In this document: piece by piece, positions 40,263 to 48,658 of the stretch | Layout: every line of letters begins with the position of its first letter | How positions within the stretch are numbered: position 1 is the first letter of the stretch | NCBI GenBank assembly: GCA_964637135.1 | Contig: CAZWTX010000017.1 | Coordinates: 1 to 48,658 of the forward strand | Reading direction: 5' to 3' | DNA length: 48,658 nucleotides | Origin: an uncultured Methanospirillum sp. | GTDB lineage: Archaea; Halobacteriota; Methanomicrobia; Methanomicrobiales; Methanospirillaceae | Position numbers and translations under genes: made by a program | The notes under the pieces: model-generated | Told to the model about the DNA's origin: nothing | What the model saw: the letters and a program-made list of their open reading frames with translations, nothing else | Databases searched by the model: none

Positions 40263-40919
40263 TCAGAATGAACCGTAGCCCAGGTGTCTGCCTGCAAACC
40301 TTACCATCGGGTTATCGGCATAGTACCTGAGTGCGGCCTCGGGTGTGGTGTTTGCCGGCAGACTGACACGGTCAAGGCCTGCAAGGCCGGCAGACGCGTA
40401 ATCCTGCACGAGGGTTGCCTGAATTGCGACATGGGTAGCATTCGCGTAGACACGGAGCTGATCGCCTGAGGGGAACGCAGAGGCATTGAACCAGACATCC
40501 AGTTCGACCGGGCCTGACGTAGACGGTTCAGACGCGATCGAATACATCGCGTTCTCTTCTGCCTCGTCAACGAACGGAATCGCCAGGTAATAGGCAATCC
40601 CTGCCGTTGTATTCATCCCTTCAGGAAGGGTGACAAGGTACCACCCGGGAAGGCCGAGGGAAGAGTAATCAGTCTCTATCGTTGCCCCGATGGCTGTATT
40701 CACTTCTGCGAGTGAACTGTTAAACGCATCCGAACTGTTAAAGCCCGTTGCGTTAAACTTGACGAGAATGCCTGAGGAAGGGGCCGGCTGACTGGAAACA
40801 ACAGGATCCGGTGACGTAACTATTGCCGTCTCCACCCCGGCCGTCCCGTCAGCACCGAAGACGAGTGCTCCCCCCGCAAGCACCACAAGCACCATGGCGG
40901 CTGCCAGATATCGAATCAT
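40263..40919 (-). CDS. Secreted protein with two subtilase-propeptide-like domains and no protease domain
   Basis: Signal peptide; two ~80-aa repeats resembling the propeptide of the S8 at 26281; many N-x-S/T sequons. Confidence 0.7.
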   Translation of the reverse strand: MIRYLAAAMVLVVLAGGALVFGADGTAGVETAIVTSPDPVVSSQPAPSSGILVKFNATGFNSSDAFNSSLAEVNTAIGATIETDYSSLGLPGWYLVTLPEGMNTTAGIAYYLAIPFVDEAEENAMYSIASEPSTSGPVELDVWFNASAFPSGDQLRVYANATHVAIQATLVQDYASAGLAGLDRVSLPANTTPEAALRYYADNPMVRFAGRHLGYGSF

Positions 40920-41026
40920 ATCAGTGAGTATGGACCCTGATTGTAAAAGATTTATGGCGGGCAGGTCGTGGTTCTCCCCCGGCATGACGGGAACCGTTTC
41001 AATGATGACGAATATACTCCTTATTC

Positions 41027-42223
41027 ATGAATGCCCGCTCCCGGAGCGCCCCATGTACCTTTGCACGCAGGATATCTGGCCTGCCTCCAGCGTACCTCGA
41101 TGAACTGTTCCGGGTATCCTCCCGGCCGGGAGTCATCTCCTTTGCCGGCGGACTTCCTGATGCGACCTTTTTTGATACGCAGGGAATAGCATGCGCAGCC
41201 AGGGAAGTCATGGAAGAGGAAGGCAGGGCGGCCCTCCAGTACACCACTACCGACGGATACCTGCCCCTCCGCAAGATCATTGCTGACCGGTACCATGACC
41301 GGCTCGGCCTGAAGGCTGATCCCGGAGAGATACAGATTGTCAACGGTTCCCAGCAGTGCCTGGACCTGATGGGAAAGATACTCCTTGATCCGGGTTCCGG
41401 AGTCATCATCGAGGAACCCGGGTACCTCGGGGCTATCGATGCATTCTCGTTTTACGAACCGTCATGGTACCCGGTTCCCCTCTCTGCAGACGGCCCTGAC
41501 AGCCAGGTCCTTGCCTCTTCTCTAGAAAAGAACCCGGCAATGATGTATGCCATCCCGAACTCGCAGAACCCGTCAGGAACAACCTGGAGCCTTGATATGC
41601 GCCGTGAGGTGGCAGGACTGCTTGAAGGATCAGGCACAATCCTGTACGAGGATGACGCCTTCGGCGAACTCTTCTTCGACGGAAAAGCCAGGGAACCGGT
41701 CAAGCGGTGGCTTTCCCACCAGACGGTGATGAGTGGATCCTTCTCGAAGATCATTGCACCCGGGCTCCGGATTGGCTGGATATGGGCACCGGAGGAGATT
41801 CTCGGTGTTTTCAACCGGGCGAAACAGGCAGCAGATCTCCATTCAAATCTTCTATCACAGATGATACTGACCAGGTACCTGGAAAAAACAGACATCGGAA
41901 GGCATACCCGGGATGTTTCGGCCAGGTACGGGGAGCGGTGCCGGCTGATGACCGACCTGGCAGCAGATCTCCTCCCCGGGGCGGTTATCCATTCCTCACC
42001 GGAAGGCGGGATGTTCCTGATGCTCACTCTCCCTCCCGGGACGGATCCGGAGACGGTCTTCAGGGAAGGCATTCAGAAGGGTGTTGCGGTAATGCCTGGA
42101 ACACCCTTCTACCTCAAAGGAAGGGGAGCCGGGACGATAAGGCTGAATTTCTCCTCTCCGGGTGAGGAAGAGATAAAAACGGGTATGGAACGGCTTGGAA
42201 CCGTTCTCCGGAGGATACAATAA
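41027..42223 (+). CDS. PLP-dependent class I/II aminotransferase (LysN/ARO8-like)
   Basis: ISFAGGLPD, GSQQ.LD, QNPSG, EDD, SFSKIIAPGLRIGW, RLNFS. Confidence 0.9.
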   Translation: MNARSRSAPCTFARRISGLPPAYLDELFRVSSRPGVISFAGGLPDATFFDTQGIACAAREVMEEEGRAALQYTTTDGYLPLRKIIADRYHDRLGLKADPGEIQIVNGSQQCLDLMGKILLDPGSGVIIEEPGYLGAIDAFSFYEPSWYPVPLSADGPDSQVLASSLEKNPAMMYAIPNSQNPSGTTWSLDMRREVAGLLEGSGTILYEDDAFGELFFDGKAREPVKRWLSHQTVMSGSFSKIIAPGLRIGWIWAPEEILGVFNRAKQAADLHSNLLSQMILTRYLEKTDIGRHTRDVSARYGERCRLMTDLAADLLPGAVIHSSPEGGMFLMLTLPPGTDPETVFREGIQKGVAVMPGTPFYLKGRGAGTIRLNFSSPGEEEIKTGMERLGTVLRRIQ

Positions 42224-42303
42224 ATACCCTGAAAGATAAACTCCCGGGAATACCGGACAGGACGGCTAAATACGAACACGGGTAACAATATGAGGTCTAA
42301 ACT

Positions 42304-42876
42304 ATGCATGGTGATTCTGACCAGGGAATGCTTCCTGCCAAAAAAGCATACATTGAAGGACTAAAGCGGTACAAGGAGGGGGATCTGAAAAGCGCCCTCG
42401 TCTATTTCACATCAGCCATTGAAGGGGGTATTGACGACTTTGACATCCTCTATTATCGGGGGATGTGTCACCTCGACAACGGCGACTATGAAGCAGCACT
42501 CATCGATTTCGAGGTTCTGGTCAGAAAGGAGTCTTCGAAACCGGAGTGGCGATTCAGACGCGGCGTAGCCCTGTACAAACTCCACCGGTATCCTGAGGCT
42601 CTTGAAGATATGGCATCCATTCCCGAGGATCATGATGACTTCTCCATCAGGTGGCATTACCTGGCCGTTCTTTATTACCTGGCTCGTGAGTATGACCGTG
42701 CCCTCGGAGCGATCGAAAAGGCACTTGTCATCTTTCCTACCATGCCCAAGATCTGGTTTAACGCCGGGATCATCCTCAGGGACAGCGATCTTGCAGATCG
42801 TGCAGAGCTTGCATTCTCCACCGCTGCCAGGCTTGATTCGCGGCTCACAACCGCAAAGCGGGAGATCCTCGACTGA
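42304..42876 (+). CDS. Tetratricopeptide repeat protein
   Basis: Repeated YYRG...GDY..AL..F, RRG.AL.KL.RY.EAL, WFNAG pattern. Confidence 0.85.
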   Translation: MHGDSDQGMLPAKKAYIEGLKRYKEGDLKSALVYFTSAIEGGIDDFDILYYRGMCHLDNGDYEAALIDFEVLVRKESSKPEWRFRRGVALYKLHRYPEALEDMASIPEDHDDFSIRWHYLAVLYYLAREYDRALGAIEKALVIFPTMPKIWFNAGIILRDSDLADRAELAFSTAARLDSRLTTAKREILD

Positions 42877-43442
42877 TGGATCTCCCCACAGTCATCGGAA
42901 TATCAGTTGCCCTCGGAATGGACTGTTTTGCAGTCTGCATTGCCGCGGGAACGCGTACGCGGACCGGCCGGATGAAAATAATACTCCTTACCGCTGCTCT
43001 TTTCGGATTTTTTCAGGCTGGTATGACCCTGGCCGGATGGGGCGGCGGGACCACCATCGCTGCATTCATCTCATCCTATGATCACTGGATTGCTGCTCTG
43101 CTCCTGTGGATCATCGGGGGAAAGATGATCCAGGAAGGAATCAGGGGGGATCATGTAGGGGCGGATAAATCACTGCATTCATTGCCGGTTCTTCTCATTC
43201 TCGCCATCGCCACCAGTATCGATGCCCTCGCCGTGGGATTCTCCTTTGCAATTCTGGATACCCCGGTCTTCCTTCCGGCACTTGTTATTGGCACGGGATC
43301 CGTGCTCATGTCTCTTGCCGGGTTCTGGATCGGTGACCGGTTCGGATCCTGGATAGGGACGAGGGCTGAGATCCTCGGGGGGGTCATCCTTGTTCTGATC
43401 GGGATCAATCTCCTCTCCATGCATTTTTATGCCGGTCATTGA
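42876..43442 (+). CDS. mntP: Manganese efflux pump MntP family
   Basis: ALGMDCFAV, FGFFQA.M, DHWIA..LL..IGGKMI, AIATSIDALAVG, AEILGG.IL..IG. Confidence 0.9.
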   Translation: MDLPTVIGISVALGMDCFAVCIAAGTRTRTGRMKIILLTAALFGFFQAGMTLAGWGGGTTIAAFISSYDHWIAALLLWIIGGKMIQEGIRGDHVGADKSLHSLPVLLILAIATSIDALAVGFSFAILDTPVFLPALVIGTGSVLMSLAGFWIGDRFGSWIGTRAEILGGVILVLIGINLLSMHFYAGH

Positions 43443-43447
43443 TTGTC

Positions 43448-44602
43448 ATGTTGAAAAACTCCATCCGGGAAATGCCCGTCATCGTCCTCATCCTCCTCAT
43501 GCTCCTTCTCCCGGCCGGGATTCTTGTTACCGGATGCATGGATGGGAGTGATGATCTCGTCATTGTGTCTGATGAAGACTGGCGTGTCAGCCAGATTCGT
43601 GAGGAGTGTCTCAATTTCACGGCAGAAACCGGGATCACCTGCCGGGTGATCGCGAACGCCAATCTCACCGATGCCCGGGAAGCGGATGTTCTGGTCACCG
43701 ACGTGAGCCGGTTTTCACCACTCGCAGCTGAGAAGAGACTGGTACCGCTCAAACAGGTATTTGCTGATACAGACGGGTTTGATCTGAAAACCATCGAATG
43801 GCCGGTACTCACCCTCTTCGGCGAGTACCCGGACGGATCAGGAGAGATTTATGCCCTCCCGTATGCACCTGACCCGCTCGGACTGGTAACCCGGGGGGAT
43901 CTCTTCAGTGATACTGATAAAGCCGCCTTCCGAACGAAATACGGGTATGAACTGACAGCCCCGGCATCATGGGATGAACTCAGGGACATGGCAACATTCT
44001 GGAATGATCCCGAAGGTGGAAGATATGGGATCGCCCTTCCTGGTTGCGGTCACCCGGATCATGCTGCATTCATGAGCAGTCTGCTCGTATCACATGGCTG
44101 GGACAGGGACACTGACAACATTCCTGCGGCCGTGAAGAATCTCACCGGTGCCTATATCAGTCTTGCATCACCGACAGCTCCTGACTGGTCAGCAGATGAT
44201 GCCATGGTAAGTGTCGCCGGAGGCGAGAGTGCCCTTGCCATTACCTGGTTCTCATCTTTTTCCACGGCTGAAGGGATCCTGAAGGAGAAGAATACAACAG
44301 GAGTATTCTGGCCTCTTCCCGGGGCATCCCTCCGGGGTATTGCCATCAGGGGAGCAGTGATGGGCATCAGCAGTACTGCAAATCATCGTGAAAAGGCCGG
44401 GGAATACCTCTCATGGCTCTTTTCAGAAAAAACCCAGTACCAGGCTGAGCGGTACGGGCGATTCCCGGTGATCGCAGAGGTAATCGATTCTCCGGGCTGG
44501 CGGGGAAGTTCACCCTTCCATCCGATCCTCCCCGAAAGCCTCCGGATGGGCACCAGGATCATAACCGGATCCGGCGGAGTCAATCCCTGTAACAGCACAT
44601 AA
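43448..44602 (+). CDS. Extracellular solute-binding lipoprotein (sugar ABC family 1-like)
   Basis: Lipobox LVTGC; YALP, F..KYGY.L..P.SWDELRD.A.F, A..YL.WL.S..TQ. Confidence 0.75.
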   Translation: MLKNSIREMPVIVLILLMLLLPAGILVTGCMDGSDDLVIVSDEDWRVSQIREECLNFTAETGITCRVIANANLTDAREADVLVTDVSRFSPLAAEKRLVPLKQVFADTDGFDLKTIEWPVLTLFGEYPDGSGEIYALPYAPDPLGLVTRGDLFSDTDKAAFRTKYGYELTAPASWDELRDMATFWNDPEGGRYGIALPGCGHPDHAAFMSSLLVSHGWDRDTDNIPAAVKNLTGAYISLASPTAPDWSADDAMVSVAGGESALAITWFSSFSTAEGILKEKNTTGVFWPLPGASLRGIAIRGAVMGISSTANHREKAGEYLSWLFSEKTQYQAERYGRFPVIAEVIDSPGWRGSSPFHPILPESLRMGTRIITGSGGVNPCNST

Positions 44603-45414
44603 TCATCCGGAATCATGAAAAGTTCCGGGATATGGTAGGGACTGAATTCACCCATTTCCCGGAAAAGCGCAGGGTGCTAAAATGCGGTGAACACGGATTT
44701 CCTCCCCGATGATCGGATCCCCGGTCAATAAGAAAATAACCAGGGAGGAGACCGGTTTAATTACCCAAATGGAACCAGAATGGCGGGTAAAAGCGTTACA
44801 GGGTATGGGTATATCTTCCAAATTCCGATCAATCAAAGATCAGGTATCAGCCGGATCCGACTCGCAGTGAAGACGTAAAAGAGAGGAGATATACGCCTTA
44901 AATTTATTTATGGATTAATATTTCAGGATTTCATGCAGTAAGGTTTAACCCTGTATCCGATGACCCATTGGATCAGAGGTACCTGTGATGGACCCTCCGG
45001 ATCAGTGCCTCGCAGGCTTTTGGGTGGAATCATCCGCTATGAAGCCCTTGTCAGAGAGATGGGATATGCGGTGCTGGATGTTGAGGGCAACGATCCTCTG
45101 CCGGTTATGCCGGCATTATAACAACTGTTGCATCGGCGTGGTACGGCCCCACGTGCCTGCCGGTCTGCATACATGGATCACCTACCAGACACATCAACCC
45201 CACCAGACAGCATAGGTAGACCTGAAACAAACCCCCCGGCCCTCGCATATCCCTGCTGACGAGAGTTACATTCATCATTCACATCCCCTGACCGCATCCC
45301 ATCAGGGCATTCCACCCGGCCTGTTTTATTGAAAATTCCTTATTGTGAGTTTTTTAAAAAACCGGCAGTATTATCTGCCTGTACATCTGAGATGCCTAAT
45401 TAACCAGGAGTTTC

Positions 45415-46086
45415 ATGGGTCTGCGAGATCTTTTTTCCCGTTCAGAGTTAGGCGGCACAGTTGAACCGGTCACTGATCAATCCCCCGTCATACCGGCAGA
45501 GAAGACAGAGAGACGGTACCGGATACCGCTCTGTAAAACAACCAACCAGGTAAAAATTGTCCTTGGATCTGCAGTCTTTCCCTGCCCGTCCTGTGACAGC
45601 ATTAATTCAGTTCCGGTTGCCGATATCGATCCCGTTCTCGGTACCGAGGTGATGTGCCTTGACTGTCAGAACATGCTCCACATCCCAGGGGGATACCGGA
45701 CAAAAACCGACCTTTCCAGCCTTGTTGTAACGGCAGCCATCCCGGTCGCTATCAGCAAGTTCCCGATATTCTATACAAATCACCCGATCATCCGGGACCT
45801 GAAAAGCGAAGGGATCACGAGTATCATCATCCAGTACGGCATGTGGGGATTCTGCCAGAAATGTCACCACGCCTTCAGCCCGGCTGTCCTGATCAATCTT
45901 CCAACCATTGGCGAAGAGGTGGATACCCGGGCGATGAGTATCGATGAAATGGCAGAGATGAAGACTATGCGGATGGGACGCTGCCCGTACTGCAGTCATA
46001 GAATCCTCGTCGTCATCGTCTCCAATGTCCCCCCCTACGTAATATCTGCGAGCCAGAACCTGGCTCACCGGTGGGACGAGGATTAA
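45415..46086 (+). CDS. Hypothetical protein with four CxxC motifs (double zinc ribbon)
   Basis: CPSC, CLDC, CQKC, CPYC; SD AGGAG upstream. Confidence 0.75.
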   Translation: MGLRDLFSRSELGGTVEPVTDQSPVIPAEKTERRYRIPLCKTTNQVKIVLGSAVFPCPSCDSINSVPVADIDPVLGTEVMCLDCQNMLHIPGGYRTKTDLSSLVVTAAIPVAISKFPIFYTNHPIIRDLKSEGITSIIIQYGMWGFCQKCHHAFSPAVLINLPTIGEEVDTRAMSIDEMAEMKTMRMGRCPYCSHRILVVIVSNVPPYVISASQNLAHRWDED

Positions 46087-46151
46087 TCAGCCGGCCCGTA
46101 CTGCCGATATACATATCATCTCTTTTCCCGATTCAGAATGCAGGAGATCAT

Positions 46152-47567
46152 ATGTATTCTCATGATCTGATTATCATCGGGACCGGATCAACCTACCCGC
46201 TCATCGAGACCATTCTCAGCCGGTCCCCGGGGTCACGGGTCGCAGTAATTGACAAGGATGATCCAGGTGGAATCTGTCATACGAGAGGCTCGGTTCCATC
46301 AATGATGCTCCTGCAGTACGCCCGGTTGGTCAGGCAGATGGAGACGATTGGCAATCACCTTCAAACGAACCCGGGGCCGGGATTTTCCCCTGAACTGGTT
46401 ATGCACCGGATGAGAACGGGCATCGAACAGGAAACGCAGGCATACCGCAGGCGCCTGACAGATCACCAGGGAGTGGAATTTATCCAGGAAGAAGCCGTTT
46501 TCACGGCTCCCTACACCCTTTCTGTCGGAAAGAGGATCATATCGGCACCGTTCATTGTTCTCGCCATCGGATCAACTCCTGCCATTCCGGATATCGATGG
46601 CCTAAAAGAGGCCGGATACCTGACAACCGATTCACTCCTCCTTCTCACATCGTTCCCAAAGCGGCTCATTATCATGGGAGACGGCCCGGCTGCTATTGAG
46701 TACGGGTTCTTCTTCGCTGCTGCCGGGGTCAGTGTGGTTATTGTCGGGATCGAAGATCGGATCATTCCTGCAGAAGAGCCGGAAATTTCAGCGCTTGCCC
46801 AGGATTCATTTTCAAGATCCCTGTCCCTCATTCCCGGTTCTGTTGTGATCAGGGTATCCCGGGCACCGGCCGGAGAAAAACAGGTTGACATCAGAACCGG
46901 TGACGGGGAAAAGAGTCTTTTTGCAGATGCAATCCTCGTCGCTACCGGACGGGCACCGGTAAGCCTGCTCCTCGAACCCGAATCCGGTGGGATCAGCCTC
47001 ACGGAGAGCGGATGGATAGAGGTGAATGAATACCTTGAGACCAGTCAGAAGAACATCTGGGCCATAGGATATGGCGGGGGAAGGTACCCGTACAAGCATG
47101 TTGCCGATTTCGAGACCGATATTATCTGCCGGAATGCAATTCTCGGTGATCCGGTCAGGGCAGATTACCGAATCGTTCCCCATGTCATCCGGATCATGCC
47201 TGAGATCGCCTCCGTCGGACTGGGAGAGGCTGAGGCACTTCTCCAGTACGGAGAGGAGCATATCAGGATCGGGTTCTGGCAGTACTCTGACTCTCCGGCA
47301 GGATTTGCGACCGGGGTGACCAGGGGGTTTGTTAAAGTGATCCTTGAAATCACCTCAGGCTGGGTTCTCGGGGCTCATATCTGCGGCCCTGATGCATCCC
47401 TCCTTATCCAGGAACTGATCATTGCGATGCATGCCGGTCCGGGAGGAGTACGGCTCATTCTTGCATCCATGCATATCCATCCCTCGTACAGCGAGGTGGT
47501 CAGGGAAGCCTGTCTCCATACCTACACCGTCCCTGCCTATCACCGCTATATCAGTGGATCCAGGTAG
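46152..47567 (+). CDS. Dihydrolipoamide-dehydrogenase-like flavoprotein with degenerate active site
   Basis: IIGTGS, DKD.PGGIC.TRGSVPS, ATGR.P, PEIASVG..E, GAHI.G, HPSYSE. Confidence 0.85.
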   Translation: MYSHDLIIIGTGSTYPLIETILSRSPGSRVAVIDKDDPGGICHTRGSVPSMMLLQYARLVRQMETIGNHLQTNPGPGFSPELVMHRMRTGIEQETQAYRRRLTDHQGVEFIQEEAVFTAPYTLSVGKRIISAPFIVLAIGSTPAIPDIDGLKEAGYLTTDSLLLLTSFPKRLIIMGDGPAAIEYGFFFAAAGVSVVIVGIEDRIIPAEEPEISALAQDSFSRSLSLIPGSVVIRVSRAPAGEKQVDIRTGDGEKSLFADAILVATGRAPVSLLLEPESGGISLTESGWIEVNEYLETSQKNIWAIGYGGGRYPYKHVADFETDIICRNAILGDPVRADYRIVPHVIRIMPEIASVGLGEAEALLQYGEEHIRIGFWQYSDSPAGFATGVTRGFVKVILEITSGWVLGAHICGPDASLLIQELIIAMHAGPGGVRLILASMHIHPSYSEVVREACLHTYTVPAYHRYISGSR

Positions 47568-47633
47568 GAAGGGACATACTGAATAATTATAATTCTGAAC
47601 TGATCTGTGATACCGATACAGGGTATTATCGGA

Positions 47634-47822
47634 TCAGATCTTCTCAACGGTGATCCTGACCCGATCGCCCGGGACAAACCCGTGTCCCTTTGGAACATCG
47701 ATATTAAACCAGAGCGTGCCGGGATCATCCTGTGTATTATCCTGCGACATCAGGCAGTCTTTCTGTTCATTGATGTTGCCGACAAATTCAAGCTCCGCTT
47801 CAAAAGAGACGATCGTTTCCAT
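47634..47822 (-). CDS. Small hypothetical protein (62 aa)
   Basis: Co-oriented 25 nt downstream of 47848-48099; C-terminal PGDRVRITVEKI looks like a small beta-barrel end. Confidence 0.65.
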   Translation of the reverse strand: METIVSFEAELEFVGNINEQKDCLMSQDNTQDDPGTLWFNIDVPKGHGFVPGDRVRITVEKI

Positions 47823-47847
47823 TCAGGTATCGTTGGATAAAAGAGAA

Positions 47848-48099
47848 TTAATGGGTTGTGGGGGTGACCATCCAGGTGGTACTGTTCGAGTAACTCCATC
47901 TGACGATGGAGAGTTCCTGACAGATTTCAGCCAGAATAGCCATGTTGGTTCCCACTTCCTTTGAGGAGAGCCCCAGGTCCTTTGCAATGTATTTGGACTT
48001 GAAGTAGTGTCTCCCCGAATCTAAGCCTTTTCTGAGATAAGTTACGAGACGCGTCTGCGTATCGTTATACTTCTCTCTGATTTTGTTTGTTGATGGCAT
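47848..48099 (-). CDS. Small archaeal winged-helix protein
   Basis: YFKSKYIAKDLGLSSKEVG...RWSYSNSTTW; SD GAGG upstream. Confidence 0.8.
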   Translation of the reverse strand: MPSTNKIREKYNDTQTRLVTYLRKGLDSGRHYFKSKYIAKDLGLSSKEVGTNMAILAEICQELSIVRWSYSNSTTWMVTPTTH

Positions 48100-48143
48100 T
48101 ATGGAACCTCCATCAGCGTACTCTAAACATCTTACTTCAGAGA

Positions 48144-48149
48144 TATAAA
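48144..48149 (-). promoter_or_regulatory. Putative TATA box (TTTATA) for the wHTH gene
   Basis: tataaa on the + strand about 45 nt upstream of ATG 48099. Confidence 0.5.
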
Positions 48150-48182
48150 TCTGCCCAATTTATCATGATTAATCATGAGTTT

Positions 48183-48658
48183 TCAGGGGCCGATCGGGAA
48201 GGCGCCGATCTTTTCTGCAAGCCGGTCAAGCACTTCCTGCCGCATCCCCTCGACAAACTTGATACTCCCGACGACGAGGTGACCGCCTCCGTTCACGCCC
48301 GCACCCGGCATCTCTGCACGAAGTTCGCGAACCATCTGGGGGATATTCATCATGACACCACGGGACCGGAGCACCACGAAATCAGGACCGAATCCCAGGG
48401 TAACCACCGGTTTGCCGGCATTTTTCTGGCAGAGACGGTCATGCACCTCGCCACAGGTCTTACCTGGCGGCGGGAAGGTGAACTTGTGTGCATGAATCTC
48501 AACGTCAATATAATGGACTTTTGCCCCGTTCAAAAGCACCTCTTCCCTGACATGCGGCATGCAGGTCACCATCTGTTCGTTGATAGCAAATTCTGCCTCG
48601 GCAACGAGAAGATCCACATATGAACGGTATCTTTCCTGATTCCCGTTCAGGTTCAAAA
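48183..48658 (-). CDS. 3' end of an archaeal RecJ-like DHH-family protein (DHHA1 domain)
   Basis: FTFPPPGKT.G..HD, GPDF.VLRS, GGGHLVVGSIKFVEG; open to window edge. Confidence 0.8.
   Translation of the reverse strand, partial: LNLNGNQERYRSYVDLLVAEAEFAINEQMVTCMPHVREEVLLNGAKVHYIDVEIHAHKFTFPPPGKTCGEVHDRLCQKNAGKPVVTLGFGPDFVVLRSRGVMMNIPQMVRELRAEMPGAGVNGGGHLVVGSIKFVEGMRQEVLDRLAEKIGAFPIGP

Noticed and set aside
41002..41030. ATGATGA resembling a C/D sRNA C box
   Set aside because: No suitably placed CTGA D box; lies in the short divergent promoter region

Overview
Archaeal chromosomal segment, most consistent with a Methanomicrobiales methanogen (Methanospirillum/Methanoregula-like: ycaO-tfuA, HPS-RraA fusion, DUF3821-like protein, wHTH-multi-PAS regulator, dockerin-tailed subtilase). 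It holds about 50 CDS and one 100-N assembly gap (3333-3432); I found no rRNA, tRNA, CRISPR array or transposase. From left to right: a small variable island (two type IV pilin-like genes flanking an MNT antitoxin and a decayed HEPN toxin); thiD and proS (falsely fused across the gap); egsA; elp3; the conserved priS-GINS-rpl44e-rps27e-eIF2a-nop10-PAC2 cluster; EndoQ-like; ferredoxin-GGR; rnhB; site-2 protease; an orphan CARF-HEPN gene directly upstream of a ycaO-tfuA-thiF operon; then an accessory-rich right half (S8 protease, msrA, signalling genes, bacterial-type ATP-PFK, CopA, nitrilase-family, aminotransferase, TPR-mntP-SBP, partial RecJ-like). Best leads: a secreted protein made only of two subtilase-propeptide-like domains (possible stand-alone protease inhibitor or chaperone), the orphan CARF-HEPN nuclease, the thioamidation operon with its own E1-like enzyme lacking the catalytic Cys, and two full-length ORFs that appear catalytically dead (alkaline-phosphatase-like and dihydrolipoamide-dehydrogenase-like). 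All calls come from manual motif reading; no database searches were run.
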